40,511 nucleotides of DNA from a virus: positions 1-40,511 of the IMG/VR virus record IMGVR_UViG_3300030118_006020. One strand, written 5' to 3'. How positions within the stretch are numbered: the first letter of the stretch is position 1; each line of letters opens with the position of its first letter. Position numbers and translations under genes: made by a program. Shown piece after piece: positions 7,120-15,198 of the stretch. A model generated the notes under the pieces. It saw only the letters and a list, made by a program, of their open reading frames with translations, did no database searches and had not been told where the DNA came from.

Positions 7120-7973
7120 TGGGATTTGATGAAAGCTTTGACCGCAAGTCTGGAATTGGCGCGAGTGAAAGCTTTGCTGCCAAGGAGGATTGCATCGAGC
7201 TCTGGCAGAGTAAGCTGGGGCTCATCGAAGAGTTCACAGGCAATGAAGCCACGGAGCTGGGACAAGAGACAGAACCTATCAACCTAAAGATAGGCTGCCG
7301 GAAAGCAGGCATTGAGCTGAAGTCGATCAACGAGGAAACACGTCGGCACCCTAAGCACCCTGGTATCTTTGCTACGGCAGATGCGTTTGGAATCGCGGAG
7401 ATCAATGGCAAGAAAGAGCAGGTTATCATCGAAGCCAAGATGGTCGGTGTAAACAGGGCTGCTCACTGGGGCGATCCAAGAGATGGCTGGGACGCGATAC
7501 CTGAATACGTGCAGACGCAAGTCATCCAGCAGATGGCTGTCTACGATGTATGGTACGCTTATGTGTCATGCCTGATGGGAACACAGGTAAAGGTCTACGG
7601 GCCATTGCTTCGGGATCTTGAGAAGGAGAGAGTACAGATCCAACAGACTCTAAATTTCTTAGACAAAGTGAAGAACAAGCAGGAGCCAGAGATAAATGAC
7701 AAGCCAGCGTGGAAGAAATACTTGTCAAAGAAATGGAACGCGATACAGAAGAAAACAATCAAGGGATCAGCAAAAACAAACAAGAGAATCATGAGGCGCG
7801 TCGAACTAGCGCAGATGATCTCTGACTTGACCAAGGAGAAGGAGGCAATTGACAACCACCTGCGAGCTGAGATTGGCTCGATGGAGGCAGTGGAAACAAC
7901 TCACGGTCTCGCCACATGGCGGGCCAATAGAAAGGGGAATAGGATCCTCAAAGTAAAAAGGAAGAAAGACTGA
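7119..7973 (+). CDS. YqaJ / lambda-Exo-like recombination exonuclease (284 aa)
   Basis: Motifs GIGASE, ELGQETEP, ADAFG...VIIEAKMV and IPEYVQTQVIQQMAVYD. It sits directly upstream of the annealing protein. Confidence 0.7.
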   Translation: MGFDESFDRKSGIGASESFAAKEDCIELWQSKLGLIEEFTGNEATELGQETEPINLKIGCRKAGIELKSINEETRRHPKHPGIFATADAFGIAEINGKKEQVIIEAKMVGVNRAAHWGDPRDGWDAIPEYVQTQVIQQMAVYDVWYAYVSCLMGTQVKVYGPLLRDLEKERVQIQQTLNFLDKVKNKQEPEINDKPAWKKYLSKKWNAIQKKTIKGSAKTNKRIMRRVELAQMISDLTKEKEAIDNHLRAEIGSMEAVETTHGLATWRANRKGNRILKVKRKKD

Positions 7974-8627
7974 ATGAAGAAACCAATCGCAACAGAAATA
8001 TGGGAGACATTGTCTGCTATAAACATAAACAAACAACTGAAGAAGAAAGGGCAGTTCTCTTACTTGTCCTGGACATACGCCTGGGAAGAGCTCATGAAGC
8101 ACTACCCTGATAGTAGCTTTTCGTTTCGGCACGAGATAGCTGAAGACCATAGCGTCATGGTATGGTGTACGCTTTGCATTGCCTCCGGGGATGAAAGCGT
8201 AACACGGCAGATGTTCCTGCCAGTTATGAACAACCGGAACCAGGCGATACAGAATCCGAATACACGGGCAATCAGTGACGCCTACCAACGCTGCTTAGTA
8301 AAGACGATAGCCATGTTCGGGCTTGGATTGTATGTGTACGCAGGTGAAGACCTTCCGAAGACAGGCAAAGACGCACACATGGAGGAGAGCGTAGGAGAGA
8401 AACCCAACGCCAAACTGCTGAAGGCGCAAGGCATCATCAAGAAAGCTTACTTTGCTTGGGGGTCGGATCTGTTTGAGGCGCATGGAATTGACCGAGACGC
8501 AGTCCACGGAGATGAAAGCCAAGTCATCTCAGTTGCCAAACTCATTACAGAGAAGGGTCTTCTCGACCCAGATGCGCGAAGGATTTACGAAGAGGGCCTA
8601 GCCCTAGAGAACAAAATTAGGACATGA
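7974..8627 (+). CDS. Rad52-like single-strand annealing protein (Sak/DUF1071-type, 217 aa)
   Basis: FSYLSWTYAWEELMKHYPD and MFGLGLYVYAGEDLP motifs, in an exo-SSAP-SSB gene order. Confidence 0.6.
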   Translation: MKKPIATEIWETLSAININKQLKKKGQFSYLSWTYAWEELMKHYPDSSFSFRHEIAEDHSVMVWCTLCIASGDESVTRQMFLPVMNNRNQAIQNPNTRAISDAYQRCLVKTIAMFGLGLYVYAGEDLPKTGKDAHMEESVGEKPNAKLLKAQGIIKKAYFAWGSDLFEAHGIDRDAVHGDESQVISVAKLITEKGLLDPDARRIYEEGLALENKIRT

Positions 8628-8639
8628 TAGGAGAGAGAC

Positions 8640-8981
8640 ATGAACATATTAACAACATTAGGAAACCTCGTTGCAGACCCAGAGGAAGCGCAAACCAATG
8701 GTGGTCCGGTAACTAGAATCCGGGTCGCCGACGATGCTTATAGTCGTGACGTAATGTACTGGAAGCTTTCAGCTTTCGAAGAGAGACACCGAAGACTCTT
8801 GTCAAAAGCCAAGAAGGGGTCTTCTGTCTTAGTGACAGCGGAACTAAAGCCGTACAAGGACGATGAAGGAAAGTGGAGGCAGCCCAGTGGAGTAATCCAA
8901 AGTATTCAATTCGCTAGCTCTGGAGGCAAGGGCAAACAACAGCAACAACAACAGCAACAGGACGACAATTTGCCGTTCTAA
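8640..8981 (+). CDS. ssb: Single-stranded DNA-binding protein (113 aa) with Q8 tract and acidic DDNLPF tail
   Basis: N-terminus MNILTTLGNLVADPE is OB-fold SSB-like. The C-terminus DDNLPF resembles the SSB tip DDDIPF. Confidence 0.7.
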   Translation: MNILTTLGNLVADPEEAQTNGGPVTRIRVADDAYSRDVMYWKLSAFEERHRRLLSKAKKGSSVLVTAELKPYKDDEGKWRQPSGVIQSIQFASSGGKGKQQQQQQQQDDNLPF

Positions 8982-8994
8982 CCAGGAGATACAA

Positions 8995-9354
8995 ATGACG
9001 ACTGAGAATGATAGAGAAATAGAATCCAAGCTTTGTGAACTTTGGAACAAATACAGACAGGAGGGGGTGCCTAAGGCAGCGCCCAGCAAGAAGAATCAAG
9101 ACGCTCGTCTGCGGCGAGTCCGGGCTCGATGGAAAGAGTATCCAGACTACACTGTGTGGGAAAGAATATTCAAGTTCATGAGCATGAACAGCTGGTATGC
9201 AGGCAGGAACAACAGAGGCTGGGTTGCTAACTTTAGCTGGGTTCTGACCCCCGCCAGGTTTCAGCAGCTGGCTGAGAGTTCAGCGGACGTAAGCCTGGAG
9301 GATGAGTCTGATTCAGTTGCTGATGCAATCGATCAGGTTTTACGGCATGGATAG
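8995..9354 (+). CDS. Hypothetical protein (119 aa), possible replication-initiation-associated domain
   Basis: GWVANFSWVLTPARFQQL resembles conserved C-termini of phage DnaD-like/replication proteins (from memory, weak). Confidence 0.5.
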   Translation: MTTENDREIESKLCELWNKYRQEGVPKAAPSKKNQDARLRRVRARWKEYPDYTVWERIFKFMSMNSWYAGRNNRGWVANFSWVLTPARFQQLAESSADVSLEDESDSVADAIDQVLRHG

Positions 9355-9787
9355 TCTAGACGGGAAGGGGTTGGTGAGAATACTGACCCCGCTTCTCGGC
9401 TGCTATGATCGTCACTTTACTAAAGCTCAGTGGCAGCACTGGGCACAGGTGCTTGGCGAGATGAAGCCGAAAGATCTAGAGGACTCAGTGCAGTGGTGGC
9501 TGAATAACCGGGAGCAGTTCCCGCCGTCGCCTGCTGCGTTGAAGAGTCATGCGTTTGACCAGGTCAAGAAGCAGAGGTTTCAAGATCGACAACTCAAAGA
9601 GTACGACCGCATTGTAGATGACAGGCCATCACCTGAAGAGCGATTGCCGCCGGATCAAGTCAAAGCATATTGCAAGTATATTATTGAAGAGATTGTTGAG
9701 AAAAGGAAGAAAGCTCCCGACCGAGCAAACAAAGCTAGGTTCTATGAGAAACAAATGGAGGAATACTATGAAAACCAAGAAGGATAG
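9347..9787 (+). CDS. Hypothetical protein (146 aa), possible replisome-organiser/loader-like
   Basis: ATG 9347 overlaps the end of the upstream gene. The ...QFPPSPAALK motif is reminiscent of phage helicase-loader families (weak). Confidence 0.45.
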   Translation: MDSLDGKGLVRILTPLLGCYDRHFTKAQWQHWAQVLGEMKPKDLEDSVQWWLNNREQFPPSPAALKSHAFDQVKKQRFQDRQLKEYDRIVDDRPSPEERLPPDQVKAYCKYIIEEIVEKRKKAPDRANKARFYEKQMEEYYENQEG

Positions 9788-10184
9788 TCTGTTCATATGT
9801 CTTGCCGTTGAAGGTAAGGCATCACTAGATGACCGTCTGCAGGTCTCCGCGTGGGGAACAGGCACAGATCTTACTAAGGCGAAACGAAACTGTATACGTT
9901 TTATAGATATAGAGGATGCTCACTGGAACGAAGAAAGCCAGAACCAGAAGGGATGGCTACTAGGCAAGATGCCTAGCGCATCTCATGCTATAAATCTGGA
10001 GAACAGATCTTACAACATGGGCAGCATACTCACGTACACGCGAGAAGCAGATGTGAAAGACAAAGATGCAGACATAACCTGGATCAATCTGTCGCAAGTG
10101 CAACAGTTACACGAAGGAGCAAAGCCACCGTGGACTGGATCAAACATTGAAAGTGACAAACCTACTCTGGTGCTGGTGACATGA
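9768..10184 (+). CDS. Hypothetical protein (138 aa)
   Basis: ATG 9768 preceded by GGAGGA. The track start at 9618 lies inside the upstream gene. Confidence 0.5.
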   Translation: MKTKKDSLFICLAVEGKASLDDRLQVSAWGTGTDLTKAKRNCIRFIDIEDAHWNEESQNQKGWLLGKMPSASHAINLENRSYNMGSILTYTREADVKDKDADITWINLSQVQQLHEGAKPPWTGSNIESDKPTLVLVT

Positions 10185-10513
10185 ATCTAGTTAGTGAGAT
10201 GAACAAAAAAGTGAATCGCATTCACCATCTGAAGAAGACCGAAGACCTCTCGTCAAATGCGCTAGCTAAGCGACTAAAAATAGACGTTCGCATGGTGCGG
10301 AAGGTGCTCAACGGACAAAAGGTGTACCCCAGCCATTACACCCGTGTAGCGGCGAGATACGGGCTGCCTGTTGAAGAGGTCACAGAGCAGATGGAGCAAG
10401 GCAACCAATGGTGCTATAAATGCGAAGCTTGGCTACCAAGAGAGGAGTTCTACGAGAAAGGCTCTGGCGGGTTCAGGCACCGAGGTGGATTATGTCAGAA
10501 AAAAAATGGTTAG
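10181..10513 (+). CDS. HTH DNA-binding protein with C-terminal CxxC element (110 aa)
   Basis: LSSNALAKRLKIDVRMVRKVLNG is helix-turn-helix-like. CYKCEAWLPREEFY lies C-terminal. ATGA overlap with the upstream gene. Confidence 0.5.
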   Translation: MNLVSEMNKKVNRIHHLKKTEDLSSNALAKRLKIDVRMVRKVLNGQKVYPSHYTRVAARYGLPVEEVTEQMEQGNQWCYKCEAWLPREEFYEKGSGGFRHRGGLCQKKNG

Positions 10514-10522
10514 CCTAAAAGG

Positions 10523-10879
10523 ATGAGTAACTATTTTCAATTTACCGCTGCAAGACAGCAAGATCGCGAGCTAAAGCTTGCTATCAAACTTAACGTGGTG
10601 CCTGACACCTGTCTCCTACATGGAGCTTTGGTGATGGGCTATCACGAGATGAACGAAGACCCGTGCTCTGAATGTTCAGGACCGCCGGACGGAGGAAGGC
10701 AACGATGCAAGGGGCGACCCATGCGTGAGTTTACTGTCTCCGAAAGGAGGATGGACGTCGGAAGCACAGACCAATTGGAGAGAACAGATGACGCAACCTA
10801 TCGAAGACTTGAGCGCCGAAGACAAATTATCAAGCTCAACCGAATTATCGACAATACCGATCAACAAGAGGAAAGCTAG
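10523..10879 (+). CDS. Hypothetical protein (118 aa)
   Basis: ORF with a CSECS motif. Its 3' end overlaps the dam ORF by 92 nt. Confidence 0.4.
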   Translation: MSNYFQFTAARQQDRELKLAIKLNVVPDTCLLHGALVMGYHEMNEDPCSECSGPPDGGRQRCKGRPMREFTVSERRMDVGSTDQLERTDDATYRRLERRRQIIKLNRIIDNTDQQEES

Positions 10880-11360
10880 ACAAAACCTATGCACTCCCCG
10901 CTACTTGTTCGAGGAAATAAACAGAAGGTATGGACCCTTCGATGTCGACGTAGCTGCTGACGAGAGCAACGCGCTGTGTGTAAAGTTCTTCGACGAAAAT
11001 GCTGACGGACTCACGCAAGATTGGGTAGGCAATGTGTGGTGCAACCCGCCGTACAAAGCTATTCTACCTTGGGTGTACAAGGCTGTGAAGTCTACCTTCG
11101 TGGACAAAGAAAGCGACCGCGTTGTCATGCTTCTGCCGGCGAGAGTTGGGCAGGAGTGGTGGAAGTACGCGCAGATGTACGGAGTTATCCACCGACTGAA
11201 GGGTAGGGTGCGCTTCGAGCATAATGGCGAGGCACAAAAGTCACCCTTTGAGGACAGCGTATTGGTAGTCTTCGAAAGAGAGATCGACGTACGAAAGCTA
11301 TCGCAACAGTATGCCAAGAAGAAAGCCAACGGTAAAGGCAGCTCCACCAGTACCGACTAG
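10788..11360 (+). CDS. dam: Phage Dam-type DNA N6-adenine methyltransferase (190 aa)
   Basis: CTPRYLFEEINRRYGPFDVDVAADESNALC...DWVGNVWCNPPYK carries the NPPY catalytic motif in the phage Dam-family layout. ATG 10788 follows GGAGAG. Confidence 0.8.
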   Translation: MTQPIEDLSAEDKLSSSTELSTIPINKRKARQNLCTPRYLFEEINRRYGPFDVDVAADESNALCVKFFDENADGLTQDWVGNVWCNPPYKAILPWVYKAVKSTFVDKESDRVVMLLPARVGQEWWKYAQMYGVIHRLKGRVRFEHNGEAQKSPFEDSVLVVFEREIDVRKLSQQYAKKKANGKGSSTSTD

Positions 11361-11564
11361 CATCCAAGCATTGCTGTTGTCATTGATCTTTGGAGGAGGC
11401 GCGGCTGTCAGCTGTGCTTGACACACTGTCAGCTTCTTCTCCGTGATCACTGTCTGAATCTTCTGCTGCACTACCTTCTGATAGAGAGCTTGCTCGCATT
11501 GGTTCGGAGTCCCAGAGCAGGGCGTCTGACTCAATAGGGCTAAGCTTATCATCATTGTCTTCAT
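11298..11564 (-). CDS. Overlapped small envelope protein (88 aa): N-terminal signal-like segment with Cys, C-terminal TM; o-spanin/u-spanin-like
   Basis: MKTMMISLALLSQTPCSG... then ...AAPPP... then AWMLVGTGGAAFTVGFLLGILL. SD AGGA. It starts inside 11380..11805 in another frame and runs past its stop. The lipobox is non-canonical. Confidence 0.35.
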   Translation of the reverse strand: MKTMMISLALLSQTPCSGTPNQCEQALYQKVVQQKIQTVITEKKLTVCQAQLTAAPPPKINDNSNAWMLVGTGGAAFTVGFLLGILLR

Positions 11565-11805
11565 TGAGAATCCTGTTTAGATCATTAGCTGTAGGCTGCT
11601 CAAGCTTTTCAGCGTAGTCCAACAAGAGTTTTTCAACCTCATCGAACTCAGCGTCAATAGCTTTGTTTGCTCCCTCGTATTTCTGAGTAAGAGCATCCAT
11701 TGTCTTCTCGGCATCAATGGCTCGCTGCCAACATCTGCCGGCCCAGACACCAAGCAGTCCTGCGCTAATTGTCCTGAATATATCGAGAAATATTGTATCA
11801 ATCAC
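11380..11805 (-). CDS. Coiled-coil protein of the lysis cassette (i-spanin-like?), start uncertain
   Basis: The amphipathic helical region IDAEKTMDALTQKYEGANKAIDAEFDEVEKLLLDYAEKLEQ looks protein-like. Only GTG starts are available (11805 as a GTGA overlap, or 11889). The N-terminal hydrophobic segment is weak. Confidence 0.35.
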   Translation of the reverse strand: MIDTIFLDIFRTISAGLLGVWAGRCWQRAIDAEKTMDALTQKYEGANKAIDAEFDEVEKLLLDYAEKLEQPTANDLNRILNEDNDDKLSPIESDALLWDSEPMRASSLSEGSAAEDSDSDHGEEADSVSSTADSRASSKDQ

Positions 11806-12017
11806 TTCTTCGATTCTGATGTCAGAGTCTTCATGAGAGGCATCAATGACTGAGCAGCATCCGGAAGACCTTGAGCCCCGAGATAACACATGCCAATCTG
11901 GACGGCGCTCTCGATGCCCTCAACCCAAGGCACAAGACCTGACACAGCTGAAGTGAGACTCACTGCGATCAATGCAATCGCTACAAATAGTTTACGGCTT
12001 TTTAGTTTTTCTTTCAT
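11802..12017 (-). CDS. Small membrane protein (71 aa), holin candidate
   Basis: MKEKLKSRKLFVAIALIAVSLTSAVSGLV is TM or signal-like, with a charged C-terminus. SD GGGAG. Position is downstream of the endolysin. Confidence 0.4.
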   Translation of the reverse strand: MKEKLKSRKLFVAIALIAVSLTSAVSGLVPWVEGIESAVQIGMCYLGAQGLPDAAQSLMPLMKTLTSESKK

Positions 12018-12022
12018 CGGTA

Positions 12023-12238
12023 TTACTCCCTGCACCCGGCCTGCACTTTCACGCAAATCCGAGCTATGTTTAGCTGAAGAGTCTGGATTGACTGCTGGAG
12101 ATCTTCGCTGTTCTCTGTCTGTCGCTCCTCTAGTTTCTTTATCCGTTCGTTCGCGTAAGATAACGCTACTTCCGTCCTCGTCGCTGAGGCCACTATCCCC
12201 GCTGCGACTATGATTACCGGCCAATACTTGAGCACCAT
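12023..12238 (-). CDS. N-terminally anchored coiled-coil protein (71 aa), i-spanin or holin/antiholin candidate
   Basis: MVLKYWPVIIVAAGIVASA (TM) followed by a charged helix. ATG overlaps the endolysin TGA, with SD GGAGGGGG. Confidence 0.45.
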   Translation of the reverse strand: MVLKYWPVIIVAAGIVASATRTEVALSYANERIKKLEERQTENSEDLQQSIQTLQLNIARICVKVQAGCRE

Positions 12239-12723
12239 CAAAGCCCCCTCCAGTCGAGATCTCTTGCTACATCTCGCCACTTAGGATCTTCTACATGCGC
12301 TGCGTCGAAAATCTTACTAAAGTCACCACCCCAGGTAAGACCGCCAGCTTCACGCACTGTCTTGCCTACGATAGTATGCCAACGTTCATCCTTATCACTC
12401 AGCCAACGCCTGTCATTGTCATTCAGCAAAACAATATGCACAGCAAGCCTGTACTCATGCGGACTGTGACCAGGTTTAGCGTAAGTAATTACCGGGCGAT
12501 CACCTGTCCGGACCCATTTATCGCCACGCTTCTTGCGGCCAACTTTGTAATGCTTGAGCTGGTCCTTGGTTGAACGATAACCGCTTTGGATCCGAACGGA
12601 ACAATCCTCGTCAGTGCAGAGCTCATTCACCTTGCTTGCTACAGGCACAATTTTAGACCGAAAGTCCTCAGTCAATTCATCGAGAATATCTTTCTCTTTC
12701 TTTGTGAACTCTCTGTATGCCAT
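12238..12723 (-). CDS. Endolysin, peptidase M15 / LAS-family (VanY/T5-like) peptidoglycan peptidase (161 aa)
   Basis: SGYRSTKDQ, SPHEYRLAVH and WGGDFSKIFDAAHVE correspond to the SxHxxGxAxD and WGGDW...D..H.E motifs. Confidence 0.75.
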   Translation of the reverse strand: MAYREFTKKEKDILDELTEDFRSKIVPVASKVNELCTDEDCSVRIQSGYRSTKDQLKHYKVGRKKRGDKWVRTGDRPVITYAKPGHSPHEYRLAVHIVLLNDNDRRWLSDKDERWHTIVGKTVREAGGLTWGGDFSKIFDAAHVEDPKWRDVARDLDWRGL

Positions 12724-12741
12724 GCGCCCCCCAAGACAAGC

Positions 12742-13488
12742 TTACCTCAAAGTAATTACGCCGTTATGAGAATCGAAACCATTACCAGTAAGGTTATTAC
12801 TGTTGGAGCTGCGATCATACACAGTAGTCTTGGAATCACTTGGATGACTACCTAGCCACCAAGCAACAAGGTTTGACGCAGCGGAATGACGCAATAGATT
12901 ATTTGCACCTGGAGCCCCCTGGCTGTGATAGATCTCATGAACCTCGGCATCACTCAAAGCCTTCGACCACATCGAGATATTATTTAACACCCGGTAATAC
13001 ATGATGTCCGTGTTCGAATCACCACTTGATGTGCCCGCGCCAACCTTTATCGTAGAAGTAGAACCGATAGAACTGATAGAAGAAGAAGTAAAACTCCAAC
13101 GCGGATCCTTCTTCCCGTTAGAGTAAACAGTCCACCCTGTTCGGTTAGCACTTCCATCATAAGTAAACACCACATTTACAAACCCAGACTCACGATCATA
13201 GATACCTTGAGTCATAACAGAAGTGTACGTCTGACCCGAAGTGCTGCCTGCCTTTATCTTTAGACGACCACTAGAATCGATCTGAATATGCCATCCCGGA
13301 TCACCGCTACCGCCATCATTAGTATAAATAGTTCCCGTGCTGTACACATAGCCATCAATCCAGAAAGAAATAGACCACGCTTCATCATGAGTAGGATTAG
13401 CATTCGCTATACCTGCACCTGGAGACGCCAAAGTAAAATAATCTGTACCGTCAAAATATACGCCGGTCTTCGGCTTCCATTGATTCAT
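12742..13488 (-). CDS. LamG / concanavalin-A-like lectin-domain protein (248 aa), probable receptor-binding or fibre-associated
   Basis: FDGTDYFTL...AWSISFWI...VVFTYDG...ISMWSKALSDAEVHEIY matches the Laminin_G_3 pattern. ATG 13488 overlaps the upstream TAA. Confidence 0.6.
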   Translation of the reverse strand: MNQWKPKTGVYFDGTDYFTLASPGAGIANANPTHDEAWSISFWIDGYVYSTGTIYTNDGGSGDPGWHIQIDSSGRLKIKAGSTSGQTYTSVMTQGIYDRESGFVNVVFTYDGSANRTGWTVYSNGKKDPRWSFTSSSISSIGSTSTIKVGAGTSSGDSNTDIMYYRVLNNISMWSKALSDAEVHEIYHSQGAPGANNLLRHSAASNLVAWWLGSHPSDSKTTVYDRSSNSNNLTGNGFDSHNGVITLR

Positions 13489-13700
13489 TACACCCACTCC
13501 GTGTAGCCTTCCGTCTCAAACAAATCATGAGAGGAATCATAAACAGTCTCTCCGTCGAGCAGATTACCTACATCGCCTTCGAACTTAAGAATAACCTTCG
13601 TGCCATCATTCGACTTGCGAACATTCTCCTCAGTAAAAAGAGAAGCCTCATAAAGCTCCGGAGTGACATCGGCTGTGTTTTTTATAATATACTTAACCAT
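13488..13700 (-). CDS. Hypothetical small acidic protein (70 aa), possibly fibre-associated
   Basis: ORF between the fibre and LamG genes. Confidence 0.5.
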   Translation of the reverse strand: MVKYIIKNTADVTPELYEASLFTEENVRKSNDGTKVILKFEGDVGNLLDGETVYDSSHDLFETEGYTEWV

Positions 13701-13709
13701 AGCTAACCT

Positions 13710-14759
13710 TTATACCACGAACCAATGTGAGCCATCGCTGATAAGCTCCAACGAAGATTGAGCATTGATCTCTAGGTCAACTGCAATTTCGTCAATCTTG
13801 TCCGTGCCATTACGAGACAGTGTCACAGTGTGATCTCCTGCATCCATAAACTTGAAGCCAATCTTTTTACCTGAAGATCCTGCAGTACTTGCACTAGGAA
13901 GATTCACAGTGATAGCGCCACTTGTACCAGTGACAATATAGAAGTACTCGATAACCGCTGTGAACCCTGAAGACTTAGACTCAACAGTGTAGCCACCACC
14001 ACCGCCGCCTCCAGTCAGTGCGGTCTCAGCTGTTGTGTCCGATATAAAATAAGGAATGCCATCATCTTTGACATAGATTATGCCTCCGGCTCCTGAAGCT
14101 GGCGCAGATGGCGAAGCAACCTCTTGTGCAAACTGCAAGGTTCCGTTCAGCGTGTGCGCATCTGCTCCCGCGTCACCCAAAGTAACACTGCCGCTTGCAG
14201 CCAGATTAGCAACGAATGTCGCGTTTTCTGAGGCGTCTACCGTGATCGCTGTGATTCCCGAGGATCCAATATAAAGAGATCCGGTTCCCGCTCGATTGAA
14301 AAGGTAGGCATCGTTACCATTAACACCGACGGTGAAGCCTTGGGACGTTCCGTCCGCTTGTCCGGTGGTCGTGTTTTGAATCTGCAAAAACGAGTGAGAG
14401 TCGCCTGATCTCAAGTGCAGAGTCGAGTCAGTCATCTTTACAACAGCATCGCCTGTGCTTAGCGACTGAAGCTCCACATACTCAGTGTCGTCAGTATGCG
14501 ACAGTCTAAGCTGAGGATTGCTTGCGTCTACAACATCGACTACTCGACGTGGAGTCGCTGTGCCAACACCAACATTACCTGTGTCGCCTTGCACCACTAA
14601 CGACGTTTCATCGACCTTGAAGTCATCACCACTGTCGTTACCCAAGGTAACTTTGACGGTTGTTCCCGCGTCAGATGTAATCTCATCTAAAGCTACCGAG
14701 CCAACATCTACAATGTCCTCGTCTTGGAACGCTATTGTTATGCCTGATCTTACACCCAT
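13710..14759 (-). CDS. Tail fibre protein (349 aa)
   Basis: GDTGNVGVGTATP motif typical of phage fibres, Gly/Ser/Thr-rich repeats, and a G7 linker before the C-terminal domain. SD AGGAGAGAGAC. Confidence 0.6.
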   Translation of the reverse strand: MGVRSGITIAFQDEDIVDVGSVALDEITSDAGTTVKVTLGNDSGDDFKVDETSLVVQGDTGNVGVGTATPRRVVDVVDASNPQLRLSHTDDTEYVELQSLSTGDAVVKMTDSTLHLRSGDSHSFLQIQNTTTGQADGTSQGFTVGVNGNDAYLFNRAGTGSLYIGSSGITAITVDASENATFVANLAASGSVTLGDAGADAHTLNGTLQFAQEVASPSAPASGAGGIIYVKDDGIPYFISDTTAETALTGGGGGGGYTVESKSSGFTAVIEYFYIVTGTSGAITVNLPSASTAGSSGKKIGFKFMDAGDHTVTLSRNGTDKIDEIAVDLEINAQSSLELISDGSHWFVV

Positions 14760-14768
14760 GTCTCTCTC

Positions 14769-15122
14769 CTACTGGCTAATAAACCAACATAAAATAGTCT
14801 TAGAGGTTGCCGCCGTAACGTTTGGCGCAATCTGAACTTGCGCATTCCCAAGAGGACCATCAACAAGGAAGTAATCTAAGTTGCCACCCGTGAGCGCCTT
14901 ACCGCTAAGAAAAGTACGGAACGTTCCCGTTGGATCCTTTACCTGAAGAACTGCTCCACCTGCAGCGATATTAACAGAAGAGTAATAATAAATAATCGTG
15001 CGGTGAGACCCCTTTGTGTCATCCCTAAACTCAGGCGACGTAAAACTAGTAGTGGCATCAGTGCCTACGGTTGTATCGTTCTCTTGCTGAATTAACGTTC
15101 CTTGTTTTAATTTATCTACCAT
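14769..15122 (-). CDS. Hypothetical virion/tail-associated protein (117 aa)
   Basis: ATG 15122 preceded by GAGG. First gene after the candidate promoter. Confidence 0.5.
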   Translation of the reverse strand: MVDKLKQGTLIQQENDTTVGTDATTSFTSPEFRDDTKGSHRTIIYYYSSVNIAAGGAVLQVKDPTGTFRTFLSGKALTGGNLDYFLVDGPLGNAQVQIAPNVTAATSKTILCWFISQ

Positions 15123-15167
15123 TGTAACCTCTGACACTACATATAGTGTATACTACAGCTGCACAAT

Positions 15168-15197
15168 ACCATATGTGGTATCATGCGATCTACTCAA
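15168..15197 (-). promoter_or_regulatory. Candidate late promoter TTGAGT-18-TATGGT carrying the shared core ACATATGGTAT
   Basis: -35 at 15192..15197 and -10 at 15168..15173 (minus strand). The core ends 43 nt before ATG 15122. Confidence 0.35.
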
Positions 15198-15198
15198 A

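Noticed and set aside
11577-12224. Alternative-frame ORFs 11577..11801 (-), 11890..12213 (+), and the long 140-aa version of 11802..12224
   Set aside because: These are shadow frames of the lysis genes. Their translations are Ser/Arg/Leu-rich and not protein-like, whereas SD-preceded internal starts give compact membrane proteins.
12742-13488. Diversity-generating retroelement targeting the LamG or fibre genes
   Set aside because: There is no reverse transcriptase ORF anywhere in the window, and I saw no template/variable repeat pair.
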